From the NCBI GenBank assembly GCA_000004695.1, contig CM000150.2:64001-128000 (forward strand): a stretch of DNA of 64,000 nt. The letters are read 5' to 3'. A program made the translations under genes and the position numbers. This stretch comes from Dictyostelium discoideum. Its lineage: Eukaryota. The notes beneath the pieces are model-generated. The model was not told where the DNA came from, did not search any database, and worked only from the letters and a program-made list of their open reading frames with translations. Positions 1 to 10,541 of this stretch are shown here, piece after piece (the first letter of the stretch is position 1; the number at the start of each line of letters is the position of its first letter).

Positions 1-1
1 C

Positions 2-2041
2 CAAAATGGACAAGAAAATGATGATATTGAAATTTTGAAAGAAAAAGAAAATGGAAATTTAGGAAAAGAATTAAATAATTATGAAATTGGATTTTTAAAG
101 TTGGGTTTAGAAAATGCTAAATCGTTAAAATTTATGCAACAAATTTTGGATTTTTTTAAAAACAATATAAATGCAATTAATGAAATTAGATATACAACAA
201 AGTATATGGATTCTATATTTTTAGCAAATTTACCTATCGATGGTCACTTTTTGAGTTACAAATATTATGAAGAGTCAATTTTTTATTATGAAATTTGTTC
301 AGTTGTAAAATTATTAATTGAAAAAAAAAATTTTATAGAATATTTAGATTTCTCAAAAGACTATGAGCAAGGTATTTATAAAAATTATAAATCTGGAGAA
401 CAATTCAAAAAAATAAAAAATTCAATTTCAGATAAATTTATTTTATTAAGAATATTTAGTGACGGAATGAGTCATCAAGGTAGATCAGATTATACTATAA
501 TGGTGGATTTTGAAAATTATAATGGTCCATTTTTTAAAAATAACAAAATTGTTTTATTTATTGTTCCAAAAGAATGGTTTCACAATATACATCAAACAAT
601 TAAAAAATTATTTTCAGCGCAATTTAATAATAAATTAATAATTAAAGATAATAATGGAAATGATTATGAAATTATACCATATGGATTAACAATGGATATA
701 CCAGAATTTAGATCATCTTGTAGGATTAACCATTATAATTGCAATGAGTTCTCATGTCATACATGTGATAAACTAAGAGGTGTCGATTATTTATTAAAAG
801 AAGGAAATTATAGAAATCAAAAAGACATTATTGACTTTCACAATTCAAAACCAAATAAACAAGATTTTTTAAATCCTCAAAATAAAATTTTAAAATTAGA
901 AACAGAACAAAAAATGAAAAAAATCGGCATTACAGATTATGACAGATCTTGGGTAGAAAATTTAAAAATAAATTATTTGTACTTACAACCTGATATTTTA
1001 CACAACATATTATTGGGTATTGTACAATGGGTTTTAAATTATATTTTCAAAAAATATAAGGATCAAATTACAATTTTTATAAAAAAATTAAAAGAAGCTA
1101 AAATCATTCCAGATCATTTACCACCATCAGAATCTTTATTTGGTGTAAAAACAAGAAAAGGTAGAGAGAATAGAAGCATATTATATTATATTTTATTTTT
1201 TACTAAACCAAATGTATCAAATGATGATTTCTTATTATTAGAAGAAATGGTTCAGATTACTTTTTTATTATATCAAGATTCTTTCGACGAAGATGATTTG
1301 GATAAAATAAATTATTTAGTTAAAAATTTTAATAAAAAAATATTTATGATAATACCAAATGAACCAATCAACTTTCACCTTTTATTACATTATCCTTTAT
1401 ATATAAAAAATTGGGGTGCACCAAAATTTACATCAGCAGAGAGATTTGAAGCACAATTTAGTAAAATTAAAGACCTTTTGACAAACAATACAAACAACCA
1501 AGATCAACATAAATTTGAAAGAGTAACAAAAATATTAATGGCAACATTTTTAGATAATTTTAACAATCTAAAAGAAAAAGATGTTGACAATAATGATTTA
1601 ATTTTAGGGCAAATAATTAAAAAAAATGAAAATATTTATTTAAAAAATAATATTTTATCAGACATTAACTTGCATTACAAAAACATTGAAAATATTCAAT
1701 TTCATAAATCAATTAAAAATTTAAAAGAAATATATAATGTTGGTGATGGAATTGAAGTTGCCTCAGAAAATTCATTAACTGGACGATGGAGTGCAATAAT
1801 TATTGCTATTTGTTTAATAGAATTAAAAAATAAAAAAAGTGCACATTCTATTTATATACAATACTTTGATAAAGATACAGGTGATCAAAATAATAAGTAC
1901 CACTTTTTAAGAAAAAGCTTTTCAAGTATAGTATTTGATAACATAGTAAACACATTAATACCAATACAAATCGATTCGTCCAACTATCTTATAATTTATA
2001 AGTGCCATGACCAATTTTCAATAAGTAAAAAAAAAAAATGA
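2..2041 (+). CDS. Large ORF of the alpha DNA transposon (putative transposase-like protein). The frame is open back to the window start, so the N-terminus lies outside the window.
   Basis: The supplied 668-aa ORF is homologous along its length to the beta ORF at 4914-7109, for example VPFGLTMDIPEFR, CHTCDK/CHTCEK, DRSWVENL/DRGWVEPL and WGAPKFTSAE/WGAPKYTSAE. It has the Asn/Lys-rich low complexity typical of dictyostelids. Confidence 0.6.
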   Translation, partial: QNGQENDDIEILKEKENGNLGKELNNYEIGFLKLGLENAKSLKFMQQILDFFKNNINAINEIRYTTKYMDSIFLANLPIDGHFLSYKYYEESIFYYEICSVVKLLIEKKNFIEYLDFSKDYEQGIYKNYKSGEQFKKIKNSISDKFILLRIFSDGMSHQGRSDYTIMVDFENYNGPFFKNNKIVLFIVPKEWFHNIHQTIKKLFSAQFNNKLIIKDNNGNDYEIIPYGLTMDIPEFRSSCRINHYNCNEFSCHTCDKLRGVDYLLKEGNYRNQKDIIDFHNSKPNKQDFLNPQNKILKLETEQKMKKIGITDYDRSWVENLKINYLYLQPDILHNILLGIVQWVLNYIFKKYKDQITIFIKKLKEAKIIPDHLPPSESLFGVKTRKGRENRSILYYILFFTKPNVSNDDFLLLEEMVQITFLLYQDSFDEDDLDKINYLVKNFNKKIFMIIPNEPINFHLLLHYPLYIKNWGAPKFTSAERFEAQFSKIKDLLTNNTNNQDQHKFERVTKILMATFLDNFNNLKEKDVDNNDLILGQIIKKNENIYLKNNILSDINLHYKNIENIQFHKSIKNLKEIYNVGDGIEVASENSLTGRWSAIIIAICLIELKNKKSAHSIYIQYFDKDTGDQNNKYHFLRKSFSSIVFDNIVNTLIPIQIDSSNYLIIYKCHDQFSISKKKK

Positions 2042-2188
2042 AAAAAATTCGTTGAACTTATTTACATAACTTTTACATTTTTACGTAACTTTTTCTTTTT
2101 TTTTTTTTTTCTTTTTTTCCAATTTTCTTTTTTTTCGGTTGGAAATTATAGGATTTTAAAAAAAAATTAAAAAAATATTATAAAAAAA

Positions 2189-2476
2189 ATGACTCACAAT
2201 AATTCTGCATCATTTGAAACACCAAATAGAAGTGGTAATTATGTAAATAGATCATCTTTAACTTCACCAACATCACCAATAACACCAATACCATCTCTTA
2301 TTTTAAATCAAACTGATACCTCCATAGGTCCACAACGTACTGTTAGAAGACTACAAAGACCTCAAAGACCAAATGCAAGTCATCCACCAACAACAAATAT
2401 TGTAGAAAAAATATTGGTGTATGAAACATTGCACAGAAATTGTGTTTCTCAATACTATGCAACTGGTAAGGTAAGA

Positions 2477-2543
<67 letters not shown>

Positions 2544-3191
2544 AAGAGACTAATTAAATTAAATAAACAAAAATAATACATAAGATTTCCTCTCGTTTTA
2601 TTAGGACCTGTATATTAAATGCTGGCGGTACAAATTCAAATGAAAATAAAGTTGTTTTATCCAAATTGGTTAAATGGGTCAACAATAAACGTGGTAACAC
2701 ACGTATTAAAGCCCTAAATACCCTTAGACTTTTAGTTAGAAATAAAGTAGAACAGTTCAGCGAGTTGCTCTCTCAGGTTCCAGCATTAATGGAGTATGAA
2801 TCGGTATGTAAAATAAAAAAAAAAAATAAAAATAAAAAAATAAAAAAAAAAAAAAAATAAAAAAAAAAAAAAAAATAAATTATTAATAATTTGTTTTTTT
2901 AATTTTTTAATTATTATTTAGATAACTCCTTTTGATTTGGCCACTCTTATTATCGATACAGTTACCTTAGAAGCTTTTGACTCCGATCCTTTTGTAAAGT
3001 TCTTAGTGTCTCAATGCTTTACAATTGAAGAAAAAGAATGGTACAGCGGTTCCAAACCTCTTATTTCTTTAATAGTTAAAGCATTGCGTGGTGTTTCTCA
3101 AAAGTTCATTGACTCTCCTGATGAACTTACTTACACTGAAAAGGTTGCTTTTGAATTCACTTCAATACCTCTTTATGCTCCACTAAATTAA
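2189..3191 (+). CDS. Second gene of the alpha element, with about three exons (roughly 2189-2473, 2605-2808 and 2921-3191). The exact splice phases are unresolved.
   Basis: GTAAG and GTATGT donor motifs follow the coding blocks, and AT-rich introns end in TAG/AG. The last exon (…EEKEWYSGSKPLISLIVKAL…) is homologous to the last exon of the beta gene (…EEKHWYPDSVPLIKRLISIL…). The middle exon is homologous to the beta minus-copy exon at about 29520-29740. Confidence 0.45.
2484..2541. repeat. Poly(A) tract of about 58 nt inside the first intron of the alpha gene 2.
   Basis: Homopolymer run read directly in the sequence. Confidence 0.9.
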
Positions 3192-3394
3192 ATCGTTTAA
3201 ATAAAAAAAATTAATATGATTTCACATACTCAACTTTAATTTTTTCTTTTTTTTTTAAATCTTTATTTAATTTTTATTTTAAATTTTTATTTTTAATTTT
3301 TATTTTTAAAGTGATATTATTAATATATCTTATTAAGTTAACTTTATAATATAAATTTATAAATGCACTTTTAAATTGAATTTTATAAATATAA

Positions 3395-3790
3395 TTAATA
3401 AGAATACTTAATAATTGTACTTATAAAGAGTACATTATAATTATAATTAGTAATTACGCTTAATAAGTATACTTAATAATAATACTTAATAAGTATACTT
3501 ATTAAGTATACTTATTAATTATACTTAATAATTATACTTAATAAGTATACTTATTAAGTATACTTATTAATTATACTTAATAATTATACTTAATAAGTAT
3601 ACTAATTAATTATACTTAATAATTATACTTAATAATTATACTTAGTAAGTATACTTAATAAGTATACTTAATAAGTGTATTTAATAAGTATACTTAATAA
3701 GTATACTTTATAAGTATATTTAATAAGTATACTTAAAAAGTATACTTTATAATTATACTTATTAAGTACACTTTATAATAGTACTATTTA
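3395..3790. repeat. Array of the self-complementary 12-mer TAAGTATACTTA and variants, forming the subterminal repeats of the alpha element.
   Basis: The same array lies beside the other alpha-type termini at 8800-8930, 4400-4486 and 49510-49830. Confidence 0.8.
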
Positions 3791-3837
3791 CATTCCTACT
3801 TTAAAGATGCTTTTAAGTATTTTTTTTCGCCCCTGTG

Positions 3838-4192
3838 CAACACAACAAACAAATAACAACACAACAAACAAATAACACAATAACAACACAACAAACACAA
3901 TAACAACACAACAAACACAATAACAACACAATAACAAAACAACTTCAAAATAAATTACAACACAATAACAACACAATAACAACACTGTAGCCGAACACAA
4001 CAGGTACGACAACAACAATAATTACAACATAATAACAACACAACAACAGGTAGGACTGCAACATCAATAAAACAGCAACATCAATAGTACAACAACAGCA
4101 ATAATAAAGCAACAATAATAATACAACATCAATAATACAGCAACAGCAATAGAAATTACATAGCAATATCAATAATACAACAACCACAGAGT
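3838..4192. repeat. (CAA)n / AACACAACA-rich satellite-like array.
   Basis: Visible tandem repeats read directly. The overlapping Cys/Val-rich ORFs at 3788-4187 are artefacts of this repeat. Confidence 0.8.
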
Positions 4193-4284
4193 TATTTCAC
4201 ATTCTTTTTTTTTTTTACTTGGAAGTTTTTTAACATTCATATTATAGCTATTTCCAATGAAAATTATCAAAGTGTTTATAGCTT

Positions 4285-4395
4285 ACATGGTAATGCGATA
4301 AATTAATAAGGTAGAGGTCAAGGGTTCGATTCCCATATAAAACATTTCCACGGAACTTCAGGAAGGGAGGTCACGGTTCAATTCCCACATAAAAC
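4285..4395. other. Two tRNA-derived fragments with T-arm-like motifs GGTTCGATTCC and GGTTCAATTCC. They are likely remnants of tRNA genes or SINE-like sequence.
   Basis: The motifs are seen directly, but no complete cloverleaf can be folded. Confidence 0.25.
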
Positions 4396-4913
4396 ATAAA
4401 TATATATATTAATAAGTATACTTAAAAAGTAATACTTTATAAGTACACTTAATAAGTATACTTAATAAGTGTACTTATTAAGTAGTACCACAGCAAAGAA
4501 AAATGAAAAAAAAAAAAAAAATTTAATTATTTGTTTTGCATATTTATATTATAAGTATAAACATACATATAAAAAAAGATTTTTTATTTTTTATTTTTTA
4601 TAATTAATAAACAATTAACGAGTGCACAGGTATATTATTGCATTAGTGTAGTTTTACAATTAATTGGGCAGATTTTATAGTTTTTTTTTAATATTTTAAA
4701 AAGAAAAAGGTATAGACAGGGTCATAGGTTCCCCGTCATTTTTTGAAAATGGGGTATATCCCTCTAAATATAAAATTCTAAGTACTAAATCATATATCTA
4801 CTTGCTATAATGCTAAAATTTGAATAAAATGAAAAAAAAAAAAAAAAAAAACGTAAAAACTCGAGGAAAAAAAAAAAAAAAAAATTATTTTTAATTTCCA
4901 GCCAGCAAACAAA

Positions 4914-7109
4914 ATGAATTTAAATAACATATCATGCATTAATTGCAGAGAAAAATTAAAGAATTTTTAAAATATTATTATTCATTATATTATGCATAAA
5001 AATATATGTCCATTTTGTCTTGCATATTACCGTTCTTATAAACAATTTTATGATGTAAATGGACATTTCAACACCAAAAAATGTAAAAATGAACAAAATA
5101 AAATTATTACAAATAATCAAAAAAGAGATAGCTTTTATAAAAAATTAATGGATATTACTGGTGAAAAAATAAAATATCCAACAAATGATCCAGATGACCC
5201 ATGTAAACATTTATGTAACCAAAACCAAGATGAAATTTTTTATCAAGAAAATAATGAAAATAATGAAAATAATCAAACAATTGATAATGAAGAAAATCAT
5301 GATATAATTGGGTTGGTACATAGTGAAGATGAAAACAATGAAATTAGAATAGATGAAAATGAAGCAAACATTAATAATGAAAATAATGAAAATAATGAAA
5401 ATGAAAATGCTCAAAACGAACCAATAAATAATAATCTAAATAATAATTTAGATAATGAAAAATCAAAAAAAAAATTAAATGAAACTGAAATTGAATTTTT
5501 AATGTTGGGAATTGAAAACTCAATAAGTTTAAAGCTACTTGAAAAATTTAAAAGTTTTATTGACAAAAATAAAACCAATTTAAATCAAATAAGATACACA
5601 CCTCAATATATGGATAAATTATTTATTGAAGATTTTCAAATAAAAGGAGAAACATTTATAAATAAAAATTATGATCACTCAATTTTTTATTTTGAAATTA
5701 AAAAAGTATTAGAAACTTTATTAAATAAAAAGCAATTTTTTGAAAGAATAGATTTTGATACAGATTTTGAAACTGGAATTTATACAAATTATAAAAGTGG
5801 TCAACAATTTAAAGATTTAAAAAATAAAAATAAAAATAAAATTGTTTTACTTAGAATTTTCACTGATAGTATGCAGTGTCAAAACAAGAAAGATTATACT
5901 ATAATGCTGGATATAGAAAATTATATTGGAAATGAATTTAAAAATAATAAATTATTATTATTTGTAGTACCAAATGATTGGTTACTTAATTTTCATCAAA
6001 CAATTAGGGCATTGTTTTCATCTTTTATTGGTAATGGCTTTAATTTAATTATTGAAAATGAACAAATAGATGTTGTACCGTTTGGACTAACAATGGATAT
6101 TCCAGAATTTAGAGCATCGTGTAAACTTAATGGACATAATTCAAATGAATATGCATGTCACACATGTGAAAAACCAAGAGATGGTTTATTTATTTGCAAA
6201 TCAGGTACATTAAGAAAACAAGAAGATATTACAAATTTTCACTCCAACAAACCAAATTATGCTGAATTAAATGCTGATATAGAATTAAAAAAAGTATGGG
6301 AAAAAAAAGCAAAAGATATTGGTATCAAAGGTGTGGACAGAGGGTGGGTCGAACCCTTGTCTATTAATTATTTAAAAACACAACCAGACATATTACATAA
6401 TATTTTATTAGGTGTCGCGCAAAGATGTTTAAATTACATTTTTGATAAATATAAAAATAAAATTGCAAATTTTTTAAATAATTTAAAAAATGCAAAAATA
6501 ATAGATAACAAACCAAAACCTTCAATTTCACTATTTGCAAATAAAACAAGGAAAGGAAGAGAGAATAGATCAATATTATATTACCTTTTAATATCAATTA
6601 AAAATCAAATATCAAATGATGATTTTTTAATTATGGAACAATTAGTAACTATATGTTTTAAATTATATAGTGACTCTTTTGATGAAAATGATTTAAATTC
6701 ACTTCAAGTATTAATTGAATCGTTTAATGCAAAAGTAAATTTAATTACTGAAACAGAAATAATGAATTTCCACTTGTTGTTACATTATCCAATCTATATA
6801 AAAAATTGGGGAGCACCAAAATACACTTCAGCTGAAACTTTTGAAGCACAATTATCAAGAATTAAAAATTATTTAAAAAATAATACAAATAATAGGGATG
6901 AACAATATGAAAGGGTTACCAAATTAAACATGGTGAAATTTTTTAATTCAGTAGATAAATTAAAAAGTATTGAACCTGAAAGTACAGCATTAATTATTGG
7001 TTACAAAATAAAAAATCCAGATAATTTAGATAACATAAAAATTAAATTAGATTCATTATTTCAAAACTATAAAAATATAACTTTTCACTCATCAATTAAA
7101 AATAATTAA
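4914..7109 (+). CDS. Large ORF of the beta element (transposase-like, about 730 aa). This copy carries a nonsense codon (TAA) at 4968-4970.
   Basis: The inverted paralog at 32164..31142 reads straight through (…REKLKNFKNIIIHYIMHKNICPFCL). This copy has a T-to-A change that creates the TAA stop, and the supplied ORF 4992-7109 covers the rest. Confidence 0.6.
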
Positions 7110-7539
7110 GAAATATACAATGTTGGTGATGCAGTTGAAGTTGCATCAGATAATGAACTTTCAGGTAGATGGTCAGGTATTATCAATTCAATATCAATGA
7201 TTGAAATGGATGATAACATAATAAAACATGCAATATTATTAAATTATTTTGACAAATATGTTGGTGACCAATTTAATAAATACCAATAATTAAATTATAT
7301 TACATATGATAATATTCTAAATAATGTTATACCAATTCAAATTGATGATACCAATTACCTTATTATTTACAAATGCCACGATAAATTCTCGGCTTCAAAA
7401 AATAAAAAATCAAAAAATTAAAAACTTTTTTACATAATTTTTACATTGTTATGTAAATAATGATTTTTTTTTTTTAATTTTTTTTCATTTTCGGGCAGAC
7501 TGAAAAAGCGAATATGATTTCAATACATATTTTTTTAAA

Positions 7540-7920
7540 ATGAATTCATCTGCAAATTTTATAGCACCAAATGGTAATGTACCTGATTTTAACCAATCAC
7601 CAATCCAAAGAAGAACAAACAATAATATTTCTATCGGAGATGAATCATTTAATAATTTGTCAATAGGTAATGTATTAGGAAATGCAAATGCTCCAAACCC
7701 AATGGAAAACCAGAGAATAATTAGAAGAGTTCCAAGGCCAACTGTTCCACCAATCCAAGAAACAGTGCAAATAGCCACAAACCCACGTGTAACATACATA
7801 TTGGAATACGAAAGTCTTCAGAAAGTTTGTCAAAGTAAATACTATTCAGATGGCGATGTATGTTACCATTTGGTAATGAAATTGTGTGTATAAATTTATA
7901 TAATCAAAATTTACAAAATA

Positions 7921-7968
<48 letters not shown>

Positions 7969-8243
7969 AAATATAGTTTTCCCCTGCTTTACTTTCTCTT
8001 TTTCTCAGCCACATTAATTATGAAAATTATCAAAATGATATTTTCATAAAAGAGTTTGTTGACTCTTGTAAAACAGGTGAAGAGAAACACTGGTACCCAG
8101 ATTCAGTTCCTTTAATAAAGAGATTAATTTCAATATTAAATGATTTTAGTAGTAAATTTGACTCTAAGGCTAAAATGAGAAAAGATGCACAAGAAGCTTT
8201 TCAATTTCCTCATTCTGCACTTTACTTAAATTCTTCCCAATAA
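7540..8243 (+). pseudogene. Beta gene 2. Exon 1 is 7540-7857 with a GTATGT donor, and the last exon is about 7991-8243. The middle exon is missing because of an internal deletion of about 270 bp.
   Basis: Comparison with the inverted copy, which retains a middle exon at about 29520-29740 but lacks exon 1, and with the three-exon alpha gene. Confidence 0.45.
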
Positions 8244-8399
8244 AAGTTTTAAAATAATTTTTAAAATTTAAAAATAAATTTTATTATTAAAAAATAATAT
8301 ATCTGTGTATTTTATTGTTCACATAAAATTTTATTTCATACTATAGTTTTAAAATAATTTTTAAATTTTTTTTTTTATTTTTGTGGCATTATTAATAAG

Positions 8400-8799
8400 G
8401 TGCTTTTAAATGTAATTATTAATAATCTTTAAAATTCAATTTTTAAGGAGCTTTAAAATGTAATTATTAATATAATTTTTAATCATATTTTTAAGTAATT
8501 TTAAAGAGCATTATAAAGTTAATTTTAAAGGGCATTTTAAACTTAATTTTAAAGAGCATTATAAAGGTAATTTTAAAGGTCATTTTAAAGGTAATTTTCA
8601 AGGTCATTTTAAAGTTAATTTTAAAGGTGATTTTAAAGGTAATTTTAAAGGTGATTTTAAAGGTGATTTTAAAGGTGATTTTAAAGGTCATTTAAATAAT
8701 TGCTTTTAAATTAATTTTTAAGTGACTTTTTTATAGGACTTTAAATCCACTTTTAATTTAATTTAAAGTTGCTTTAAAGGTGTAATTTTCATCGCTGTG
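8400..8799 (+). repeat. Subterminal short tandem repeats (AATTTTAAAGGTGATTTTAAAGG…) of the beta and MITE right ends.
   Basis: The same repeats occur in inverted form at 28523-28900 and inside the MITE copies. The supplied 'MTFKITFKITFK' ORFs come from this repeat. Confidence 0.75.
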
Positions 8800-8976
8800 A
8801 CTTATAAAGTATATTTATTAAGTATACTTATTAATTGTACTTATTAAGTATTATTTATTAAGTATACTTATTAATTGTACTTATTAAGTATTACTTATTA
8901 AGTATACTTATTAATATATATTAAAAAGAGTACTTGGATTTAAAGGTGCTTTAAAGTGTTGATTTTCGCCGCTGTG
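8800..8976 (+). mobile_element. Alpha-type right-end fragment with a TAAGTATACTTA array and a terminus …TTTTCGCCGCTGTG.
   Basis: It has the same architecture as 3700-3837. Confidence 0.5.
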
Positions 8977-9178
8977 GTTGATCACAGTGCAGATACGTTT
9001 CGATTTTAAAATTCACATCTACCCTTGCACCTTTATTGTGTAGCAATTTGACCAGATCTACCTTATTTTTTTTCACTGCCCAATTCAACAACTTCTCACC
9101 GTTATCATTAATCGCAACATCTAAGTCTGGGAGTTTACTCTTGGAAGAAAGGTAAGTTGTTAGAAGAAGGTTTAACAA
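8977..9178 (-). pseudogene. Ankyrin-repeat protein fragment whose C-terminus is cut off by the transposon end.
   Basis: The motif LLNWAVKKNKVDLVKLLHNKGARVD is ankyrin-like. The frame runs into the TIR at 8976. Confidence 0.35.
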
Positions 9179-9299
9179 ATCATTACTCGGCCATGCGAAG
9201 CCAAACCCAGAGAGGTTTTTTTTTCACTATCTCGTTAAGCATTTCTGTAATAACGTAATCGCTATTACCCTCACCACGCAGTTCGATTATCATGGCAAT

Positions 9300-9503
9300 T
9301 TATTCTGGGTTAAGTTGTTTCTTTTGGCTTTTACTAAATGCTGATCTACCAAGAGATAATTGTAACTTGGCGCTACACGAATTTGAGCAGGTTGGTGGCG
9401 TACCGGTTTCCATTCTAGCTAAATAGTTCTTAGCGAGGATGCGTTTGAGCGCTCCACATAATGGACAGTAGAAGTCGAAGTATACACCGCCTTTCTCTTT
9501 CAA
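9300..9503 (-). CDS. Small C4 zinc-ribbon protein (CPLC…CSNSC). The start codon is uncertain, and a frameshifted paralog lies in G3/G4.
   Basis: Taken from the supplied ORF. The upstream frame is open with no ATG. A diverged homolog of its C-terminal part is seen in 37560-37611 and 38645-38700. Confidence 0.35.
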   Translation of the reverse strand: MKEKGGVYFDFYCPLCGALKRILAKNYLARMETGTPPTCSNSCSAKLQLSLGRSAFSKSQKKQLNPE

Positions 9504-9861
9504 AAATCTGCGATAACGTTCACTCTTAATTCGATTCTCTTCTACTGTAAGAATCTGATATCGTCATTGGTCCTATCTTCATCCATGTGATCTACTTGTT
9601 CATTGGGCGATAATAATCTACCCAACTTCACCGACATTAAGTATTATGCGTAAGTCCGAAACGATCATGGCTGCTGTTGAAGCGTTTTCTTTTATCAGAA
9701 CACTCGATTAGATATCCGAGAAGCCATTGTTCTTTAAAACGGTAACTGCAACTCTAAACGCATTTTGACTCCTTAATGGTCTATCAAGGTAGTCATGTAG
9801 GACTAAGAATATCTGCCACCGAAACCAATCATTCTACCAACTGAACTACACGAGCAAATAT

Positions 9862-9931
9862 GGAATGAGACCTAGGAGTCGAACCCAGGACCGCCGGATT
9901 TGAATCCTATGCTCAACCAAGTGAGCTCATA
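9862..9931 (-). tRNA. tRNA-like 3' portion with a T-arm (CTGGG-TTCGACT-CCTAG), acceptor strand and encoded CCA. Its 5' part is non-canonical or disrupted at the DIRS junction. A second tRNA 5'-half-like sequence (GCTCGTGTAGTTCAGTTGGTAGAAT) lies immediately downstream at about 9826-9852.
   Basis: Folded by hand. No complete cloverleaf was obtained. Confidence 0.3.
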
Positions 9932-10541
9932 TTTAAAAATTTAATTTATTAAATTATATTTGAATTTCCCAAATATTTAAGATAATTTTTTAGAATGTTC
10001 TAGAACATTCGAAGAATAAAAAATTTTCGAAAGAAAAGTAAAAATTTCGAACCGGCACAATGACGCGATCATTGCGCAAGGTCGAAAAATTAAAAATTTA
10101 ATTTATTAAATTATATTTTATATTAAATATATATATATATATTATGAATAACATTTATTTATTTGAATTTCCCAAATATTTAAGATAATTTTTTAGAATG
10201 TTCTAGAACATTCGAAGAATAAAAAATTTTCGAAAGAAAAGTAAAAATTTCGAACCGGCACAATGACGCGATAATTGCGCAAGGTCGAAAAACTGAAAAA
10301 TTCCGAACCGACACTATGCACAAATTTGTGAAGGGTCGAAAACTCTTATTTTTTTGAGTTTTGCGAAATTTTTAAGAAAATAAAAACGTATAAATAGTGG
10401 CACTAAAAACTAAAACAATTTGATTTATGGAATTCCGACTAAGGGCGGGTGGGATGGGACTAATATATATATATATATTTAATATAAAATATAATTTAAT
10501 AAATTAAATTTTTAATTTATATTATCATATATATATATATA

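Larger units (their letters stand above)
1..3837 (+). mobile_element. 'Alpha' two-gene DNA transposon, 5'-truncated by the window edge. It comprises a large ORF, a three-exon small gene, a subterminal palindromic 12-mer array, and a right TIR ending ...TTTTCGCCCCTGTG at 3837.
   Basis: The ORF and gene order parallel the beta element at 4489-8799. The terminal CTGTG and the subterminal TAAGTATACTTA array recur in inverted form at 49463-49830 and as an end fragment at 8800-8976. Confidence 0.55.
4489..8799 (+). mobile_element. 'Beta' two-gene DNA transposon. It has a left terminus CACAGCAAAGAAAAA, a large ORF, a defective gene 2, subterminal TTTAAAGG-type repeats, and a right terminus ...TCATCGCTGTG.
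   Basis: A second, inverted full-length copy lies at 28523-32603, and fragments lie at 26698-28522, 45266-46335 and 49149-49462. The left terminal 15 bp match the MITE terminus. Confidence 0.6.
8977..9925. other. GC-richer prokaryote/phage-like segment G1. It lies between a transposon terminus at 8976 and a DIRS-1 terminus at 9926.
   Basis: Composition shifts sharply to about 40-45% GC. It carries small minus-strand genes, some with an upstream GGAG, and tRNA-like sequence with an encoded CCA. It is about 88% identical to part of G3 (9230-9360 against 37480-37611). Confidence 0.55.

Noticed and set aside
2351-2581. Poly-Phe ORF on the minus strand
   Set aside because: It is the reverse strand of a 58-nt poly(A) tract inside an intron.
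3788-4187. Two Cys/Val/Leu-rich minus-strand ORFs
   Set aside because: They are a reading-frame artefact of the CAA/ACAACA satellite.
5211-5414. Small hydrophobic antisense ORFs inside the beta ORF (also 6364-6597, 26706-27008 and 31664-31867)
   Set aside because: They are the antisense of the Asn/Glu-rich low-complexity coding sequence (AATGAAAATAAT repeats) and are frame artefacts.
8491-8691. Supplied ORFs translating as MTFKITFKITFK… (also 28630-28902)
   Set aside because: They are a translation artefact of the AATTTTAAAGGTGATTTTAAAGG tandem repeats in the transposon subterminal region and are not protein-coding.
8400-8800. Possible CRISPR-like array of short regular repeats
   Set aside because: The units are AT-only 7-15 bp microsatellite-like repeats with no unique spacers. 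They are part of the transposon ends in a eukaryotic context.
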